A DNA stretch of 63,756 nucleotides, counting the filler, from Folioceros fuciformis (taxonomy: Eukaryota), in NCBI GenBank assembly GCA_049999805.1. It is 20 parts of 20 records of this genome, joined end to end, with 100 filler letters (N's around TTAATTAATTAA, not from the genome) between each part and the next. Parts side by side here need not be neighbours in the genome. Positions count along the whole stretch, not along the records: positions 1 to 16,198 come from JBNGIO010004499.1; 19 more parts are not named here. One strand, 5' to 3'. Numbering within the stretch: the first letter of the stretch is position 1; every line of letters starts with the position of its first letter. Position numbers and translations under genes: made by a program. The notes beneath the pieces were generated by a model. It saw only the letters and a program-made list of their open reading frames with translations, ran no database searches and had not been told where the DNA came from. Below, in pieces: positions 1 to 13,098 of this stretch.

Positions 1-68
1 AGTGGGATAAGTGTGGCCACTAAAGGTGGAACCCATCGGCAATCAGTGCCCGGGGTTTTGCCTCCACA
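1..68 (-). mobile_element. Terminus of a large LTR (TGTGGAGGCAAAACCCCGGG family, probably Gypsy) inserted into the downstream transposase
   Basis: Reverse complement nearly identical to termini at 31672, 33852 and 34445; ends in TG/CA. Confidence 0.8.
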
Positions 69-2360
69 AAAGCACACCATAGACCATGCTACGGCCACAT
101 GTGTTTGGATGGATCAATTATTTTTGCTTATAGTAGAACGCATGCCGAACGTCGAAGTGTACCACCTTCCAGACTTGTACACAAAAGAGGAAATTTTTCT
201 GGAGTACAAGAGGCAAATGCAACAAGTGGAACAATATAGTATGTCATACTCTTATTTTTGTCAGTTGTGGGCTTCACAATTTCACAAAGTGCGAATTTAG
301 AAGACCAATAGGTTTTCATTATGTACTACTTGCGACTACCTGAAAAGGAACATATGATCTGAGTCTGATAAGAAGAAACAAGGTATGTAACTGTGCTCCT
401 AAAGTGTGTTTGTTGCGGGTATTTCAAGTGCACCGGTCTACCGGTGCACTTCCCTTCCTCCTTGCGTTATAAGTGCGCCAGTTGACGGGCACACTCACTC
501 TACTGGGCATTACAAAGTACGCCGGTCTACTGGCGCACCTCTCAATGCACTGTTGATGGGTGTGCGCCGGTCTACCAGCACACCTCTCAACACACTGTTG
601 GTGGGTGTGCGCCGGTCTACCGGTGCACCTTTCAACGCACTGGTGGTGGGTGTGCTCCGGTAGACCAGCGCACACCCACAACTAGTGCGTATTCATTCAT
701 GTTCTGGTTTGAGGTTCCATGCGTTTTTGGTAGAGGGCTTTGAATATGACTTGAAGGTACATAGACATAGGTTGAAAGTAGAGCACGAGAAGAGTATTAA
801 ACATCAGGTCAAATGTTATGGCAACCCCGAGAAGTACATTGGGATATTAGTGGATGGAATGGATCAACAAAAGACTCAGGTGCCCCATTTTGTTCAAGTA
901 CCAAAAGATTTGGCGGATGTTGGCCTCCTTGATGTGCATTTGGTAGGGTATATGATATACAATAGGAAAATGACACCCAAGCTCTTCGAGTTTGGGAACA
1001 TCCGAAACGATTCGAACTTAACAATATCAATTATTCAGCGCATGATACACGAGTACGACNNNNNNNNNNNNNNNNNNNNNNNNNNNNNNNNNNNNNNNNN
1101 NNNNNNNNNNNNNNNNNNNNNNNNNNNNNNNNNNNNNNNNNNNNNNNNNNNNNNNNNNNTGACCAAGTAGACCAGATGTTTTCCAGGTTTTCAACAACAC
1201 TCAGCCAGAAATAAGCTTTGACTTTACCAAAACTTATTACAATCATGCAGAACGCATATACCACCATGCTAGAGGTTCATGAGGTGAAAGAGGTACTGGA
1301 CTTTTGAAAGTTTGTGTGGCCTATACCATATGGGAAAGCTGGTTATCAAAATGTTGCGGCGGTTCATCAGTTCCATAATATATCTTTTTAACACTAATTC
1401 AAGATCACGAGGGAGAGCCGTGGAGATCGTGGATCTGTTACAGTGATGAGAGGGAAACAATATTGCACCGATCAATATTGGTCGCCTGATGGCAGTATAG
1501 AATTTCTCAAACTAGTTCCGGATGGGGTTATGAAAGCCGCTCCACTGATGCATCTACAAGTGAGGAGTAAGAAACAGAAGACTATTAGACAAAGTGCCAG
1601 GATATAACCTGTTGCAGATTCGATCAAGATTGGAGTGCAAATTACGGCAGCACCTAGGTGTGGGCAAGGAAGTCTGGTGGGATTCTTTTTGGGTAGAGGA
1701 GGAGGCCATTGTTCAAATAATAAATTCGAGTGTGGAGAAAGACCTCTTGTGGCTATAGCGATGGTATAATCGCGATGAGGAAAAGTTGTTGAATACACCA
1801 ATACACTTACCAGACGCATTGGTGGTGGAAAACCCACGAATACAAGAAGTTCCGAGAAGAGACATGTATGTGGGTGCGTATAGAAGAGAGGCTCATGTCG
1901 CAACGACCACGACAGCTTGAATGGAGATGTATCAGAGATAGAAGCGGGGCACATGATTATTGTCCCATGTGAGACAGACAAAGACAATAGGCCTTTTTGG
2001 ATCACCAAAGTGTTGGATGTACATAAGGACAATGACATTCCAACTGTTAGAGTCCATTGGTGGGTCACCAAATGTTCAGATGCATTTGAAGGTCAATACC
2101 AAGAGGAGATGATATTGCCAAATGAAGATCCTTCCAAGGGTTCTAGACAAGGATGAAAATGACGGCCAAGCTAAAGACTTCGGAAGCATATTGACACACT
2201 GTCTATCACAGACACTTTTATTTTAGTGTATGGATTTGCTTTGACTCGTCAAAAACAACTTCATGCTCGCACTCGAAACCTTATTAGAAAGAACTTGTAT
2301 GTGCTTAAACGAGATCAGGAAAATCCTCCGAATGGAATCGATGACCAATTGGTAGATACT
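69..2360 (+). pseudogene. Decayed Sola-like/DUF7869-type DDD transposase; intron 383-733
   Basis: Motifs YFCQLW..F.KVRI, RFSLCTTC, ILVDGMDQQKTQVPHF, NDSNLTISII, DQVDQMFSRFS (1161+), C-terminal RPFWITKV...VRVHWW; in-frame stops; GT-AG phase-1 intron rejoins the frame (KKKQ-E-GFEY). Confidence 0.7.
428..673. repeat. Intronic array of six 22-bp palindromes (GTGCGCCGGT-CT-ACCGGCGCAC) at 44-45 bp period
   Basis: Copies start at 428, 473, 517, 562, 607 and 652. Confidence 0.9.
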
Positions 2361-2502
2361 TAGACTATCCTAGTAAAGTACTTTCATATATACCCCACAC
2401 CCTATCATATGTCCATGTCCGAACACTATTTGCAGAGAGTTGTGGTTGGCTATCCGTAAGTGCATCCCTCGGTTTGCTAGTGCCATGAATGCCTCTTCTA
2501 GT

Positions 2503-2691
2503 ACTGCTCTGGTCCACCGACGCAGATCTTGTGGGGGTGCGCAACTAGACTGGTGCACTCGGTCTTGGGGGTGTACCGGCCTACCAATGTGCTCTCATGA
2601 ATGCATGTGCCGGACTTCCCCTAGACCCTCTCTGGGTGTCCGCCGGCTGATCGGTGCACTTCCTCGAGGAGTACGCTGGCATACTAGCGCA
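2503..2691. repeat. Second, degenerate array of the same 22-bp palindrome, after a GTAAGT donor at 2456
   Basis: e.g. gtccgccggctgatcggtgcac, gtacgctggcatactagcgcac. Confidence 0.7.
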
Positions 2692-2759
2692 CGTATGCGT
2701 AAATGATTGATATTCAAAAAGCCCCTCACATTTACCAGCTTCTAGTAATGCCGATTTAG

Positions 2760-3245
2760 GAAATTATCATAGCAAGTGGCTGCAGCCAGGAACAGTAGTC
2801 CGACCATGGAACTGGATAGTATCAAGGAAGTTTATTGTTCCCAACCCGCAATTTTGCCTGGTTTCTTGGTGAACATGATGAATACGAATTGTGTCGTGAG
2901 TGTTGTTCAGTTTATTTTGGCATCTTCCACATGAAACAACATGAATCGTGGATATGTGCCATGGAAAAAAAAAATGAAGAAAATCTTCCGAAGCTCGATT
3001 TGGTAGAATCCGACCGTTAGGCGCAGACCTTGTTCCCCACTCTTTTGCTCCACACTTCTTACCATTGGAGGTGTTTAGTAATAGGAACCAAGAGTGGCAC
3101 ATTCGCTCTCGAGGACAGACTGGGAAAGCCTTCAACAATAGTGGGTGTGGACACTACACGAGGAATCTCAAGGTTTTGGAGTTCTACGACCTCATTTTTG
3201 GCATCGATGCCAGGGAGTGAAGCTATTTTTGATGAACAAAGATGA
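2760..3245 (+). pseudogene. Possible Ulp1/C48 peptidase relic
   Basis: LFPTLLLHTSYHWRCLVIGTKSGTFALEDRLG resembles the C48 P-x-HW-x-L-VI...D-S-L pattern; stops present. Confidence 0.35.
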
Positions 3246-3549
3246 ATGGATGCTATTCATGTGTGATGCACAACTCATTATCTCAACCTATGCAATGAGC
3301 ACGATACAAGTGAGCAGCTAGACGCACTTAGCTAAGGGAATCTAATTCCCATGCAACCCAATCCTTGAGTTTGAGGGAAAGAGCTACCAACAAAACTATT
3401 CGCACCCAGGGAAGTTGGTCCCATACGCTTGCTAGTGACTTGCCAATTTCTAGTTTTTCCCCTTTTGCTACTATTACTTTTGCTCAACCTATTACCAATG
3501 TGTTTTATGCCTTAGGGAATGCAACAGGAAGAGCTCATAATACTCCTCG

Positions 3550-4250
3550 TAAGATGGCTACAACACTTCACACCCCCCAATCGTACATCAAATTTGGAGA
3601 CAAAAGCAAGGATATTGACATTGAGTCATTCAACCAAACGTTTGAACACGTTTCGAAATGCATGCCAACTTGGAGAAAATTGTTTCANNNNNNNNNNCAA
3701 CCAAACTTTTGAACACGTTTCGAAATGCATGCCAACTTGGAGAATATTGTTTCAGATTGACTTCATATTTTTCCAAGACTTCTATCGGGTAACGCACAAC
3801 AATGGTATATTCGTCCCTATGGTGCTACCACCCCCATGGAATGGGAAATCTTGAAATTGGCTTTGTGGAATGCTTTAGGGGGTTGGGTTTGTCTTATGAC
3901 ACCTTTGCCAAACTTCAAACACTGAAGCGTCAAAGGAAGGAGTAATTGTACGACTACATTGGAAGATTTTATGGTTATCTCAAGTGAGTTTCGAAGTGCC
4001 TACCAATCACGCTAGGAGGACCATTTACTCCTGGATACTCCCAAGGACAAGTAATGGACTAGTTCACTAGCGGATTAACTCAACCAATGAATGTACATTG
4101 CCAGCGTGGTACCAAGACCCTTAACACTGCCATACGACTAGTGGAAGAGTGGGAAGTAGTAGAGATGGGAAAGGGGAAAGAGAAGAAGAAGAACAGAATC
4201 AGTCTAAGGAAGAAAATGACCTCCAAGAAGGCAACCTTTCAATATCTTAA
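3550..4250 (+). mobile_element. Gypsy-type gag relic
   Basis: YIKFGDK..DIESFNQTFE, FPRLLSGNAQQWY and WEILKLAL fragments; frameshifted. Confidence 0.5.
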
Positions 4251-4830
4251 ATGACCCCAAACATTGCTTGTGTGACCAACAACTATCCCATCGACCTCAT
4301 TGTAGTGTTCATCCATTAAGCCCAAGATTTCAAATTGCGGCTTGTGTACATGCTGACATGCATGCATGTGATGGGAGCCCCAAGTGTTTAAGACCCCTTA
4401 TGATACTGGCCCGACTGGCTTTGGGAGATTTTGGGCTTCAACATAATGCTTTCCAGCTTGTTGTAATAGAGCATCTTGAACTATGGATTGGCAAGTTGAC
4501 CCTGCCTACATTTCAAATCCAAGGGTGTCCGCATTATGCGCTTTAAGGAGCAATTGCTATGATCTTGCTACATGTTCCCATTGACCTCAATTGTGCAGTC
4601 CATCAATTAGGCTCATGATTTCAAATTACTGTTTGTACATGCTGTCGTGCCCCCATCTGATGGGAGCCCCTAGGGTGTGAGCACCTTTTTGTACTGTAAA
4701 AGATTTTGTCCTTCAACATACTCTTTTCTTGCATTTTTTTCAATCACGTATCTTCAAAGCTAAATGGGCAAATTACCTTGCCCACATTTAACATTCACGG
4801 GTAGCCACAAGGTGTGATCTAATGAGCCTT
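4250..4830. repeat. Diverged tandem duplication, about 290-bp unit x2
   Basis: Shared cccat(c/t)gacctca, gatttcaaatt, tgtacatgctg, tgatgggagccc, cttcaacata. Confidence 0.65.
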
Positions 4831-5167
4831 ATTGAAAATCCTCCCCCACCATCCTCATGGTAGGGGAGCAAGGTTGCAGCACTTCTTATTTGAAAACGCC
4901 TTCCCTTTGCTTTATTGACCACATGTCATAATAATGTAGTTGCTTCGCAATAAGTGTTGTATGACATCGGTACAACCACATCCATGGCAAAGAGGGGAGG
5001 CTACCAACCCTCAGTTTGTAACACTTTTTAGTGCTGTAATAAGAACTGTGTTAAGTCCAAACGTTGCTAAGAATCTAAGTTTTTAGTAGTGACTCTTATG
5101 TAATTCATTTTCTTCTACTACAAGAGTTTTTCATATGCTTGCCAGTGTCACTATTTGCCATGTTCTC

Positions 5168-5295
5168 AAATGGAGTTGCAGCAGAGCCATCATTATTGAA
5201 TTGAGTTGTAATGGTAGTGCCATAAGTACTAAATTGAGTTGTAATAATACAATCATCACTGAACTAAGTTGCAGTGGAGCCACCATCATTGAAAA
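5168..5295. repeat. Imperfect 30-33 bp minisatellite (ga/aattgagttgta)
   Basis: About four visible units. Confidence 0.6.
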
Positions 5296-6736
5296 AGTAT
5301 GTGTAACTTATAGTGGTCCTCCTAGATTGATGTGCAAGGTTCTAGAATATATATGCATTTTACAAGAAAAATAATATAGAGGGTGTATTTGTGATTGAGT
5401 TAGCTAATACGTATGAGCTTGGGGCTTATATGATGACATGGTGCACCTCAAATGAGAACAAAATTTTTAATCTTTTTTTGAAAAGAGATGGCATATCATT
5501 TATCCCTAAACGGAGAGGAACAATCCTAAGACGGCTGAAGGTGGTGGCAAGATATATTGAGTAAGTAGATAGATATCTACAAGAGTTCATATGAGAGGTG
5601 AGTGCAAATGAGATGTTTGATATGTTATTCGAGATATTTTCTATTTTTAAGATATATTATCCGCATGTCCTAAACTTGAAACCTTCATTCTAAATCCCTT
5701 ATATGAATATTTCTTTTATGCATTTTATATAGTATATAAATATTATAAATAGAGAGTATAAGGTGCTAGGCATAGATATATAACCAGTAGGTCTCCCAAA
5801 ACAGAGACGCCTAGATAACAATACGCCGGTAAGGTGGTGTTGTGGGAAGGCGAGGGTATGCGTGAACCCTGAACTTTCCTCCTTGCTCCCTCTGCCCCTC
5901 CGTCACCTCCTCCCTCCCGGGCTTGTAAGAGGAGCCTTCTCTTGTTTGCGACACGCCGCGCGGCAAGCTTGGTCTGCAGCTAGGCACAGCGGTGATCCGA
6001 GAGCTTCAGCTTCTTCCGACTAGCTGGTGCTTGCTGCGGAATCTCGTGATTTCATCCATGTGGTCCTGTAGCTGTGGGTCGATCCTGCACATTCCCTTAC
6101 ATTTTCAGCTACTCCAGTCTCTCCCCCGGACTGTGTATCCAGTCACTCAGCGATTTGTGCCTGGCAGACTTGGCAGCTCAAGCGGTACGTTCAAGCATGA
6201 ACGCTTGCATGCGTCACTTCTTCTTTGAGCGACTGGCCTAGCAGTGTCACACGTCTCGTCCCCAGGGTTTTCTCATCTATCGTTGCTGGCTTCTGCCTCA
6301 TTTTGCTCGTTTTGCTTCACCTATGGCGTTAGCTGGCAGAGATTGAGGGCCCGCTCATAGTTCCAGGTATGTTTCGAAGACGAGTTGTACTGGATACAGG
6401 ATTCGGGTTGTCTTCTAGCTGTTTATCCAATGTATGGAGTAGGTACTGCCGTTTTCTTGCTCCCTTCTACAAACGGGTTCTCTCGGCAAGGCCCGGCGAT
6501 CAGCACTCCCCGTGATTGTATTGGTGTTGGGATACTGTCATCTCCTTTCTTGCAGGCGGGTACTTGAAACAGGCGGATATGACTGTCGAGCTTATTTGTC
6601 TCGCATTCCCTTTCGTTGAGAGGTGATTTTTTTGCCTAGCCGGGTGGCTATAGCTCAGAGTCTGTCAACGCAGTCCACGGTCGGACAATCGGGCTTTTAT
6701 GCTCTGGTCACTCTCAGGCAGTTACATAGTACGAGC

Positions 6737-9700
6737 ATGGCTTGCAGGGACAGCCCCTCGGCCAGCATCGGCGACGTCGGTGTTGCTGAGCATGTAGGCC
6801 CACTGCAAGCAATCGGGTCTCAGCTAGGTGATACTCGTGAGAACTGCTCCGTGGTAGATTCGTCCGGGATAAGGCATGAAGCTCGGGATGAAGAGGAGAG
6901 TTTGTTTGCGCCTGTTTGCAATTCCGAAATGACAGAGGCATCTGAAATTCGGGCTCCCAAATTCAAGATCGTGATCAAGCGGAAATCTGTGTATTCTGAT
7001 GTTGTGGAAGAGGATTCCAATGTTCCCTTCCTCAAAAAACAGAACGTTGACAGCGCTGGGATTGTCAGCAGTGGGGATGGCGGTACGTGCAATCGAAGCT
7101 CCCAAGGGGAGATTGTGGCCTGTTCATCCAATCAAATGCCGACCTCTGATGCAGTAAGGCCGCAGCTTACAAGCAGGGGAATATCTGCTGTGTCGAGTCA
7201 CCGGATGGAGTTATCTGGGGACTTTCCGAGCAATCAGGAGTGTGTATCAGGAATTGGAAGCTCAGTCTCTATAGACTCGGAACTAGCTGGAGCACGTCTG
7301 TATGCTACAGCTGTTGTCTCAAATCAATGTGATGTCCGGGGCTCAACGTCTGCGCAGGTGTCATGCGTGCCAAGAATCGTGGATTTCGCTAAGATATTGG
7401 AGCAGTCCTCGTCTTCTACGGTGGTCTCGAAGCCCACTGTTGTTGATATTGACAAGTCAGCGACTCCGAATGTGGGATCAGTTGATGCTGAAGGTTGCTG
7501 CAACCAGATAGCACTGGACGTCAGTGAGGGAATGGACGGGCTTATTGCTACAGGGTATGGTAATCCTACTTCAACAGCCAGAAGAACATCTCTTGCCATA
7601 CAATCAGTGTCAGAGCTGGGTGGGGGCAATCTGGAGAGTCTATTAGCGGGTTCAGCAATTGTACTGCCAGCAAGACGGTCACCGCTTCCTTTGCCTGTGG
7701 TAAGAAGCTGCGGTTGATCCCATTTGCAATCTACGTTGGTCATCTTCTGGCTTAGAGTTTGGAGCCTGGAGTTGAAGGTGGCAACATGGTCGTACTTTTG
7801 GCTGCCGAGAATTTGGCCTGCCCGCAGGCTTGCTGTCATGTGGTTGTTGTTTGGATGAGTTGGCTGTAGCATCATATGTTCTGCAGGCACTCTTTGAGTC
7901 GACCTTTTTGCAATTGCAGGCTGCGGACACGGATCCGGATCTCTGCGAGTCTGGTCAAAGCAAAGGGATGATTGCTGATGGGGAAGATTCAGGCCTGGTG
8001 GTTGGAGTGCCTGGTGTGGGACATGATGGTATCGAGAGCAGGATGAACACTGATGATTTTGCCAGCCAGTTTCCTGGCAGGCCAGGCGTGCTAGGAAGGG
8101 AGTCGGGATACAAAGTGATCTCTCAATTACTCAATCAATTCAGGAGACATTTGAGATGAACTTAGCTGATTGTTCTGGAATCTGAACTCCCTTTATGCAA
8201 GGAAATTCACGTTTGGTGGTGCCTTTGTGCAGCGTGAAGACAATAACACTCTAGGCTGCAGGGTTCAACCAGTGGACTGGTCTCTGCCTCTGGAGACGGA
8301 TGGAAGTGTAAACCTTGAGACATCAAGAACTGGTGGGCGTTGCCCCAATGGTTGTAGTGGTGTTTTGTATCCGTCTGGTGAGTCCAGGGCAGTGTCACCA
8401 GCTTGTCGTTGTTGGCCCCTAACCTCGGTCAATTCTTGCAGACTTGTAAATGAGAACCCTCTGCTATTGTATGTACTGAAGTAGTTGTCGGTTTTTTCAC
8501 AGGTACAAGAAGTCATATTCCGTACTCTCTGGATGTCACTCAGGATGAGGACGTGTCAAGCACGCAATTCCATAGTAAGCTTGCTGCTGTTTACCGATGC
8601 AATAACTGTCTTGCCCCGAAGTGGGGACCTTCATGTGCTGCAGATAAATGTTGACCCTGACCCTGCATGTTATGTGAGCGAACCACCAGCTGATGTGTGC
8701 ATAAAGGTTCAAAAGGCAGAGTTATCTGGCTCTGGACCCTTGCGCACTGATTTGTTACCACAACCGGTGACGACAGTCTTGAAGCTGAAGATCAAGCCAC
8801 CAACTGAATGTGTAATAGTGGATCCACCGACTACTGCTAAATCACTGCTGGCTACTGGACTAATTGAAGGGCATCGTGTTAGCTATCGGGATCGAGCAGG
8901 AGTGGTATGCTTGTTTCACGATTGTAAGGCATCTATTCCTTACAGCACGAAGAGCGTACTGCCAAATTTTTGTCGTCACACTGTCTGCAGGTCCTGCTCA
9001 CTGGAGTTGTGCGAAAAAATGGAATTCTCTGTGACTGTTCTGACTGCAAAGGCAGTGAGGTAATCTGATGGTGACTCTTTATGTCCCTGATCAGCAAGTC
9101 CTTCCTGTTCCCTTTTCTTGGTTGATTCAGCTAATAATATCGTTCTTACTGTTGAATTGATTTGTCTGGCTTCCTTGTTAGATTGTCAATGTTTCTGCTT
9201 TTGAGAAGCATGCTGGTAGCTCTGCTAGGCATCCAAGTGATTTTATTTGCCTTGAGAACGGCAAGTCACTTCATGATGTTCTTGAGGCTGGTAAAAAAGC
9301 CAGTCACCCTGGGAAGATAAAAGATGCCTTGAGAACTGCAATTGGTGACATTGAAGAAGAGAGGAATGTAAATGTGTGTGCAGCATACCGAGGCAATGAA
9401 GGTGACTGTGGTATTGGATTTATTGATTGCAGCTCATCTTTCTCTGCAAGTTTTAGTCTTCTCACAGGTGACCTGTCACAGACTATTTGGAAGATTTAGA
9501 GGAGTCTCAGCCTGGAGAGCGAGGCTGCTTGTCCTGCACATTGGTTGATGCTAAGCAGCATGGAGGAGGTTGTCTCTATCCAAGCCGCCCAAGGTATGGC
9601 CCAGCAGTGTCATCGTTCCTCGCTAGATGCATGTTGATCCCCATTCCTGGAGACTCAGCCTCACATTTGAGGAGGAGGAGATGTGCATTTCTGGACAGCT

Positions 9701-12700
9701 ACTTGTGGAGACTTAAATCCGGCTTTGATATGGTGTAGGCCTTCTGCCTCCCTGCCAGACTCTGCTGGACAATCAAGAGTTAGGTGTGCCCCAAATACCA
9801 AGCTGGTAACCTGAATCTAGTAACAACTTGTAACTTCAATGTGTGTTCGTTCACAAGTTAGTGTTGTTGGACAGATAACAGACTCTGCTTTGGGAACATT
9901 ACAGTAAGGGTTTCTGGTTTTTTGATAGCACTGCTTGCTGTATCCTTCTTGACAGAGGGGCTGCTGATTTTTCAGAGATACCAATGCTGCCATGCATAAG
10001 GCACTTTTTTTGCCAGGTGGATTGCCAGACGATGTGGAGGTGGCTTACTATATTAAAGGGCAGGTAGAGACATCTGTTCTGCCTTCCTGACTTTGAAAAA
10101 AAATTCTGACTGTAAAGTCTCTTTCATTCTGGTATAGTCTCTGTAATAAGAAGGGCTGTTATAAATAGAGATTGAAACAAGAAGAAGTAGAGCTGAATTT
10201 ATTGTCTTGACTTCTGGTTTCTTCGTTGTCACTGCAGAAGCTCCTAGAGGGTATCAAGAAAGGAGTTGGAATTTGCTGCCACTGCTGCAATCAAGTGGTG
10301 AGAAAAGTGATAAATAGGAGCTCTCACCTGCCTCCAATTGGCACTAATTTTACATATATCCTTGCAGATAAGCTGCTCCCAGTTCGAGCAGCATGCTGGA
10401 ATGGGTTCTCGACGTAATCCGTGAGTGCTGGCCGTATGCACCTTTGTTGTCGTTTGCAACTTGATTTTTTCAGGTGTGTTCGTATTAATGATTTAAAATC
10501 TTCTGGTAACGTCAGATATAATAGCATATACCTTGGGGACGGAAGATCTCTACACGAAGCAGCTGAGGACTTGTTTGCTGTGAAGAGTATTCGAAACAAT
10601 GTGCTGGACAACTATGATCATTGTGTCGAGTGTGGTGATGGTGGTGAGCTGCTGCTCTGTGATGGTTGCCCAGGTGCTTATCATGCAGGTGTGTAGCAGT
10701 TTCTTCAGTTTCTTACTTTGTCTTCAAGCATGCTATGTAATGTGCTTGCTCCTGTAGAACTTGTTGTCAATTTAGACTGCTCTGGTCAAGCAGTCTATCG
10801 TTCATTTGTTTTAGTATGTATGGTTGGACGTGAGGTGCAGATGACTGAGTGGGATATCTTGTGCAGATTGCCTGTCACTTTCAGACATTCCGGATGGTGA
10901 CTGGTTTTGTCCTTCCTGTGAGGATCGGCGATCTGGGACTCTTGGAATTGTGAGGAAAACCCATAGCCGAAGGCGTGATAGAGCCATTGCTTCAGAGGAA
11001 AGGCAGTCCGGTCGCTGCAGTCGTCTATTAAAAGCAGTTGAGAATGTGGGAGGTGGATGTGTGCTATGCAGGTTAGCAACCTATTGGCTTGAGCGTATGG
11101 TTCACTACATGATCGCTTTCATATGTCTCGGGCGGGAGTTTTTTTGTCGTGCCTATGTCCACTTGTCCATAATATCTTTCATAATTCTGCTTCCTAATCC
11201 ATCAAGTTCTGACCTGGATGATGACTGTCAGGGAAGGCGATTTTGCAAAATCTGGTTTTGGAGCGAGAACCATAATGCTCTGTGACCAGGTAAGATTTCT
11301 TTGCATGACGCTTTCTGATTGGTGTTTGCATCTGTCCCATTCGCATAGTGGAATAAGTAGTCTACATCTAAACCTGCTGGCAATTGGTGTTGTACTATGT
11401 CTGTCTTGATATCTGTTCATCTGTAACTAGTATTGGGGGATATGTATGCTAATCATCATAAAAAAAACACGAGCTGCTGCCCTACTGCCAACAAATACAA
11501 CGTGTCGAATTGTTAATCTAACAGGATTATCCTGGGTCAGCCCTGTTTTGTGTTGCTCGAATTCGGTCTCAACTTTTTTTGTATTTGTTTGGTTTTGTCC
11601 AACGATAGTTCTTGCGGGCTTCTGACTTTGCAGTGTGAGCGAGAGTTTCACGTTGGGTGTTTGAAGAAGCATGGCCTGGAGGATTTGAAGGTGAATCCCC
11701 TGTAATCTCTTTGCTTTCTCTGGTGGCGTCTGGTATTGTGTAGCTGGGGGCTTAGTGTGGCAGAGACACGTTACTCTTATGCTCTCCAAATTAATGTGAA
11801 ATTGGACGTCCTGCCCATTCAGGAACTACCAAACGGAGAGTGGTTTTGCTGTAAAGCCTGTGAGCAAATACACGAAATTTTAAACTCTCTCGTAGAGTGC
11901 GGGCCAAGGCCCCTTGTGGATGCTGCGGCAGACAGGGTTCTCAGTCACCAGCAACAAGAACCTGAAGAAGGAACAGCAGCTCAGTTCTCATGGCAGTTAC
12001 TGCATGGTAGGAACGGAGACCTGCCGAAAGACAAGACACTGAATGAGGCCATAGCCATCTTTTCGGTACGTAGTGTAATATGTTTGACGTTTCGTGAACA
12101 TAACTTTGTCAGCTATCTAACTCGTTTCCACATGTCCAGGAATGTTTCGACCCCATTGTTGATAGCTCTTCAGGACGGGACCTCATACCCCTAATGGTCC
12201 ATAGGTAGTTACATGCTTGTTGGCTTCACGTAGCACTGACTAGTGAACTGTGGGATTCGTCAGTAGTATCCTCATCAGATTGTTCCTGGATTTTGTTACT
12301 ATGAGGCAGCAGCTTGACTTTTTTCCTTGCCACAGTCGAAGTCTTCGCGATCAAGAGTTTGGAGGGATGTTCTGCATGGTTCTGAAGCACAAGTACGTCT
12401 TGTAACCGTTTTGTCTAATAGCAGCTGAGGTGTAGGTGGGAAAAATTCCGAGTATGCATGTAGTCAAAGTTGCAGGAATTGCTCTGTTGTCTTTAAGATG
12501 CCCAAACCTCAAACTCCATGCGTTCTGCTAACTCCTCACTCTGCGTACTTTGTGACAGTGACACTGTTGTGTCAGCAGCAATTATCCGAATTTTTGGAAG
12601 GCAGCTGGCTGAGATGCCGCTCATAGCAACCAGTGCTAATAGCTGGGGCCAGGTATAACAGCTCACGTACGTTTCCTCTAAATGAGGTGTTATCATTTGT

Positions 12701-13098
12701 GGAATGGGTTTCCATAAAGGTTGTGGCTCCTGTGTCAGGGCTTTTGTCAGGCTCTAATGCTCAGTATTGAGCGGTTGTTGGGTATGTTAAGGGTAAAGCT
12801 GCTCGCTTTGCCGGCTGCCGAGGGTGCTGAAGGCATCTGGTTGAATAAGTTTGGCTTCAAGCAGATCTCAGTGGAGCAGGTAGTGTCTGAATCTAACGCC
12901 TTTGAGTTTGTACTAAGGTAACCGAATTCAGGAGTACTGGATGTAGATGTTTGTGTTGTGACAACGACATCATTTGGGTGCCTTCTCTTTGTGCAGCTCC
13001 AAAAACTCAGGGCCGAAGTTCAGATGATGACATTTGCTGGTTCATCTATCATGCAGAAAGCCATCTCTGCCCTGGACATATTTCCAGACGATTTGTAG
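6737..13098 (+). CDS. Multi-exon IDM1-like protein: two Tify-domain-binding domains, two PHD fingers, C-terminal GNAT acetyltransferase-like domain
   Basis: LLATGLIEGHRVSY, FEKHAG..HPSDFICLENG, LPDDVEVAYY, FEQHAG.GSRRNPY, CVECGDGGELLLCDGCP.AYH, CDQ|CEREFHVGCL, ELPNGEWFC, ECFDPIVD..SGRDLIP, AEMPLIAT, LALPAAEGAEGIWLNKFGF; GT-AG introns; stop TAG 13096-13098; N-terminal exon structure approximate. Confidence 0.9.

Noticed and set aside
428-673. CRISPR array
   Set aside because: Three of five spacers are near-identical, repeats are degenerate, the context is a eukaryotic intron and no cas genes are present
9940-9975. U12-type donor GTATCCTT in the IDM1-like gene
   Set aside because: Only about 35 nt from the next acceptor; likely inside an ordinary intron
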